A stretch of 64,000 nt of DNA from Oikopleura dioica. Its lineage: Eukaryota; Animalia; Chordata. A model generated the notes under the pieces. It did no database searches, was not told the origin of the DNA, and saw only the letters and a list, made by a program, of their open reading frames with translations. The stretch covers positions 6,572,001 to 6,636,000 of the forward strand of contig OU015568.1 in NCBI GenBank assembly GCA_907165135.1, written 5' to 3'. This document shows, one piece after another, positions 60,296 to 64,000 of this stretch (position 1 is the first letter of the stretch; the number at the start of each line of letters is the position of its first letter). Both the position numbers and the translations under genes were made by a program.

Positions 60296-62042
60296 CTAGT
60301 TCTTTTTACGCTTTTTCGCCGAATTATTATTCTTATTCTGAGTCTTTAGTTTCTTATCCTTGTCAGATAAATTTGACTTTTCTTTCGGAAGAGGAGCGGG
60401 TGAGGGCTTCGGTTTCTTGCTCACTTCGAGCTTGGGAAGCTGCTGCGGGTGGCTTTTGCCATTGAGCGTGAATGGCGGAATCTTCATCATTTTGGACTGC
60501 TTCGATTGATGGTTGATTGCGGGGAGCTTCTGCGTCGTCATCTTAAAATTTGAGGAAAATTGAAATCAACAAGGAGTAAAGCTCGTTTACCTTTTTCTGC
60601 GCCGGCTTTACCGGGTTCTGGCGCGGCTTGAACCGGGGGAACTTCGGAAAATTCGGTTCTTTTGGGTTATTCGGGTGTGTAGCTAGCGAGCGGTTAACAA
60701 GGGTCTTTGGTTTCTTTTTTTGATTCTCGTAGTTGGAAGCGACCGAATGGCTTTCAAAGTCAACACCGGAGTCTTTCGATCCTTCTCGGTTTCCTAAAAG
60801 GTATTCTTCTATGATTCTTTCAAGGGATGTTCATGACTCACCGATGTTCTGGGAGCCGCGTTGAACGAGCTGACACCACTCTGAACGAAGCGCCTGCCGG
60901 GCAGAAATTCTCTCGTCTGGATCGTATTTGATCAGCTTTTTCAAGAGCGAAATGCCATGACGGGACATGACATTGCTCAGCCCTCGCTCGATTCCGATTC
61001 CATCTTTCTAGAGAAAAATAAGAGGAGGAAGACAAGGATAAACTTACGATCGGGAATTCCCAGGGGATCTGGCGATTCCTGCACTTGTAAAACTTGTTCA
61101 AAAGTCTTTCAGGAGGGGAGCCAAGAATCGTATGAATTCTATGAATCTGATCCAATTCATTAGCTCCAGGAAACAAGGGTCTGAGAGTGGCAACTTCGTA
61201 CATGACGCATCCAGCCGCCCAAATATCCATCTTCCAGCCGTAACTAAAGCAACTTGTCAGAACCGGAGTGGATTTCCCACAAAGTACTTACACTCCTTCC
61301 GTCAGTAAGCATTCCGGCGGTCTGTACCAGCGGGTCGAGATGTATTCTGTCAGAGGCTGTTTGGAATGGACTGATCGACACGATCCGAAATCGCCGAGTT
61401 TCAGATGGTTGTCGGAAACGAGGACGTTTTCTGGCTTGATATCCCTGAAAACAAGGTGTGTTTACGAGGTCAAAAGGTCGATGGGGGGCGAATGACCTCG
61501 GTTGATTTACCTGTGAAAAATCCCCGCTCGGTGCATGTGATCCAGCGCAGTTAAAAGCTGAAAAGTGAGGTAGGAAACGACTTTCTCGCTGAGCGGCCTT
61601 GAGCGACCCCGAATCATTTCGTACAAATTCTGCTCGCATAGTTCACAAACCAGGCTCAATGTTCCTGCCCTTCGATCGAATATAATCTCTATAAAACGAT
61701 TGATGGGGGGATGAAATTGAGGCTAGTACCTTTTAACGCAATAATGTGATTATGCGGGTTGAGGCGTCGCAGCGCTTGGACTTCGCGCAGACTGTTAACC
61801 TGCTGGACGGAGTGAAACTTTTGTTTCATCCGCTTGATTGCTACATGTTTGTTGGTGTGACAGTGTACCGCCTAAATCAGCCGGTTAATTGGAGCTCTTT
61901 TCTTGATTGGCTTTTGGAAAGAATACAGACTTCTTATTGGCTGAAAACTTACTTTTAGGACCTCTGAAAAGGTTCCTTCTCCTGCTTTTCCCAGGACCTT
62001 GTACTTGTGTATAATCTGGCCATTCTCGAACGACTCACCCAT
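60296..62042 (-). CDS. MOK: MOK (RAGE) MAPK/MAK-related kinase
   Basis: GEGTFSEVLK, NSLREVQALRRLNPHNHI, HRDIKPEN, KLGDFGSC, TEYISTRWYRPPEC and LFPGANELDQI. Confidence 0.88.
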
Positions 62043-62234
62043 CCCATCAAGAAAATTTCTGAAAAGCAAACATTCTAGCATTTTTGTTTGGTCCGTACAA
62101 TACTTTATCATAACTGGAACGTTTTGGAAGTATAAATGGGCAGTTAGTTTGAACTAAAAATTTGTAACTACTGTAACAGGCACTCTTCTCCTTGCATTTT
62201 AAATTTTCCTGTTTTCTTGTGTTTCTTCTTTTTT

Positions 62235-63691
62235 CTAGAGGCAGACGCAGCGGGACTTCTTCTTCATGCCTTTCTTGCCCATCAAAGCCGAGGTGGTTGC
62301 CATTTGGAAAACCCCTAAATAAACAATAACACCGATAACCTCTTTGTACAAGGCAAACAGGGCTAAATCGCGGATCAAGACACGAAAAAGGACAAATCTG
62401 ATAAGGGTGTGATCTTCAAATAATGATAAAAAAGCAGCTAGATTATACATTTTCCCAGAAGATTTGAAGTAAAAAAATCCAAATTTTCGACTTCTTTCCC
62501 TTCTGATTCGATGATATTAAACATAATCGCGTTTGATTTGCTAAAAAACCCCATATAGGAAAAATATAGGCAAATATTAGTGGCCATAAATGCCATTTAT
62601 AAGTAAAAGATTTTTGCCCTCTTGATCAATTTATAATAGAAATATACGTACGGATTTTAGAAGCTGATTGTTAAATAAAGACTTCTGATCTCATTTTATC
62701 ATTGAACATAAAAATTACTCTCAAAAATTGACAAATTTCAGCGTCTCCGCAAGGGCGTCATAAAGCAGAATATGTCAATATTGTTTCTTTTCACTTACGC
62801 TCTACGCCATCGTTTGTCAAAGCGGAACACTCGGCAAATCCAGCCGCGCCGATGTCCTGGCTCAAGCGCTCTCCAGAAATGTACGAGACGCAGCCGGACT
62901 CGTTCTTCTGACTGAAAGATCTAGCGTTATTCTTTGCTTTTCTGCCGAAGAGGAAGTGATAAAAGCGGTGATAAAGAAGAGATTGGTGTGTTAAATGAGA
63001 TGAGCATGCATGTGAGTGACTAGGGCTAGCAACAAAATGAGTTGTTTTTGAGAAACTCGTTCTATTGCTAACCCTGGAAGTGAGTGATTTAGGAATTACC
63101 GGAGGTCTTTTTTGAGACCGACAAGAATAATCGGGACATTTGGGCAGAAGTGCTTCACTTCTGGATACCACTTTTCTACACAATGATTAGCAAGACTGAG
63201 CGGACTTTACTGGCTTTGATTATCTAGCAAAATCATGTTCTAGTAGCTGGAAATGTCTACTACTGCCAAAAAGAGGAAGAAGAAGCGTACCTCGGATGTT
63301 GTCAAAAGAGTCTGGGTTGGACATGTCGTAGCAAATTAGAATGACATCAGTATCTGGGTAGGACAGAGGGCGAAGACGGTCGTAATCTTCCTGGCCAGCT
63401 GTATCCCAAAGTCCAAGCTCGACGTGTTTGCCAGAGTGGACATCGATGACGTCGGCGATGTAGTTTTCAAAGACAGTGGGCACGTAGGCTAAAAGAGTCG
63501 ATTATCTTGATCTCTACTTACCCAAACCCAAGGGACCCTCTAAGTACTCCCGATAAGTACTCCCAGTCCCATTTATTAACTGTATAACTCGACTTACACT
63601 TTGGGAACTGATCTTGCGAGAAAACCATGAGAAGACATGTCTTTCCGGAGCATCCGTCTCCGACAATCACTAACTTCTTGCGTACACTCAT
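62235..63691 (-). CDS. RhoA-like small GTPase
   Basis: [68 protein letters not shown] and a polybasic tail ending CVCL*. Confidence 0.93.
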
Positions 63692-64000
63692 TCTAGAGAC
63701 TGATAATACTGTAATTTGCAAAACTACTGTATTTGATTTGTACAACTATATTTGTTTTTGTTTTTATCAAATAAATAATATTCATACTATTCAGTACTGC
63801 TCAATCGCTGTTAGAAGAAAAAAGGGTTGAAGAAAAGTTTAAAGTCTACATAATTTTTGTGTACTGCGGTCGACCATAAATACAGTCTCTCTCCCTCGAG
63901 CGCACATTGAGCCGAGGGATGAAAACACTGAGAAATGCTAGAATTGGATAAGGACCGAAGATGAGCCGTAAATTAAACGCGCTGCCCTTCGAGTAGCTAA

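Overview
Compact, AT-rich animal genomic DNA. It is most likely the larvacean tunicate Oikopleura dioica or a relative; this is inferred from ~43-nt introns, GA-AG introns and very short intergenic gaps, not from a search. About 16 intron-containing protein genes are supported: a DUF1295 steroid-reductase-like gene, CCDC34-like, C-type-lectin-like, TLCD4/TMEM56, cubilin, a C2H2+RRM gene, SEC61G, ENKD1, a PAP2 lipid phosphatase, a RING-H2 E3 ligase, an SR-rich gene, PPP4R3/SMEK, MOK and a RhoA-like GTPase. Every gene from ~22.9 kb to 63.7 kb is on the minus strand. Three things stand out. (1) A 17-copy palindromic MITE-like family has arms that co-vary within each copy and carries strand-polarised GNA-triloop DNA mini-hairpins. 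(2) The cubilin gene has a 10.36-kb exon, and two of its CUB domains are split by inserted lectin-like modules. (3) A 2.67-kb hAT-type element with an 8-bp TSD, packed with further foldback elements, sits in an otherwise 46-nt SMEK intron. No CRISPR, rRNA or convincing tRNA was seen. Gene models were assembled by eye, and several 5' or 3' ends are unresolved.
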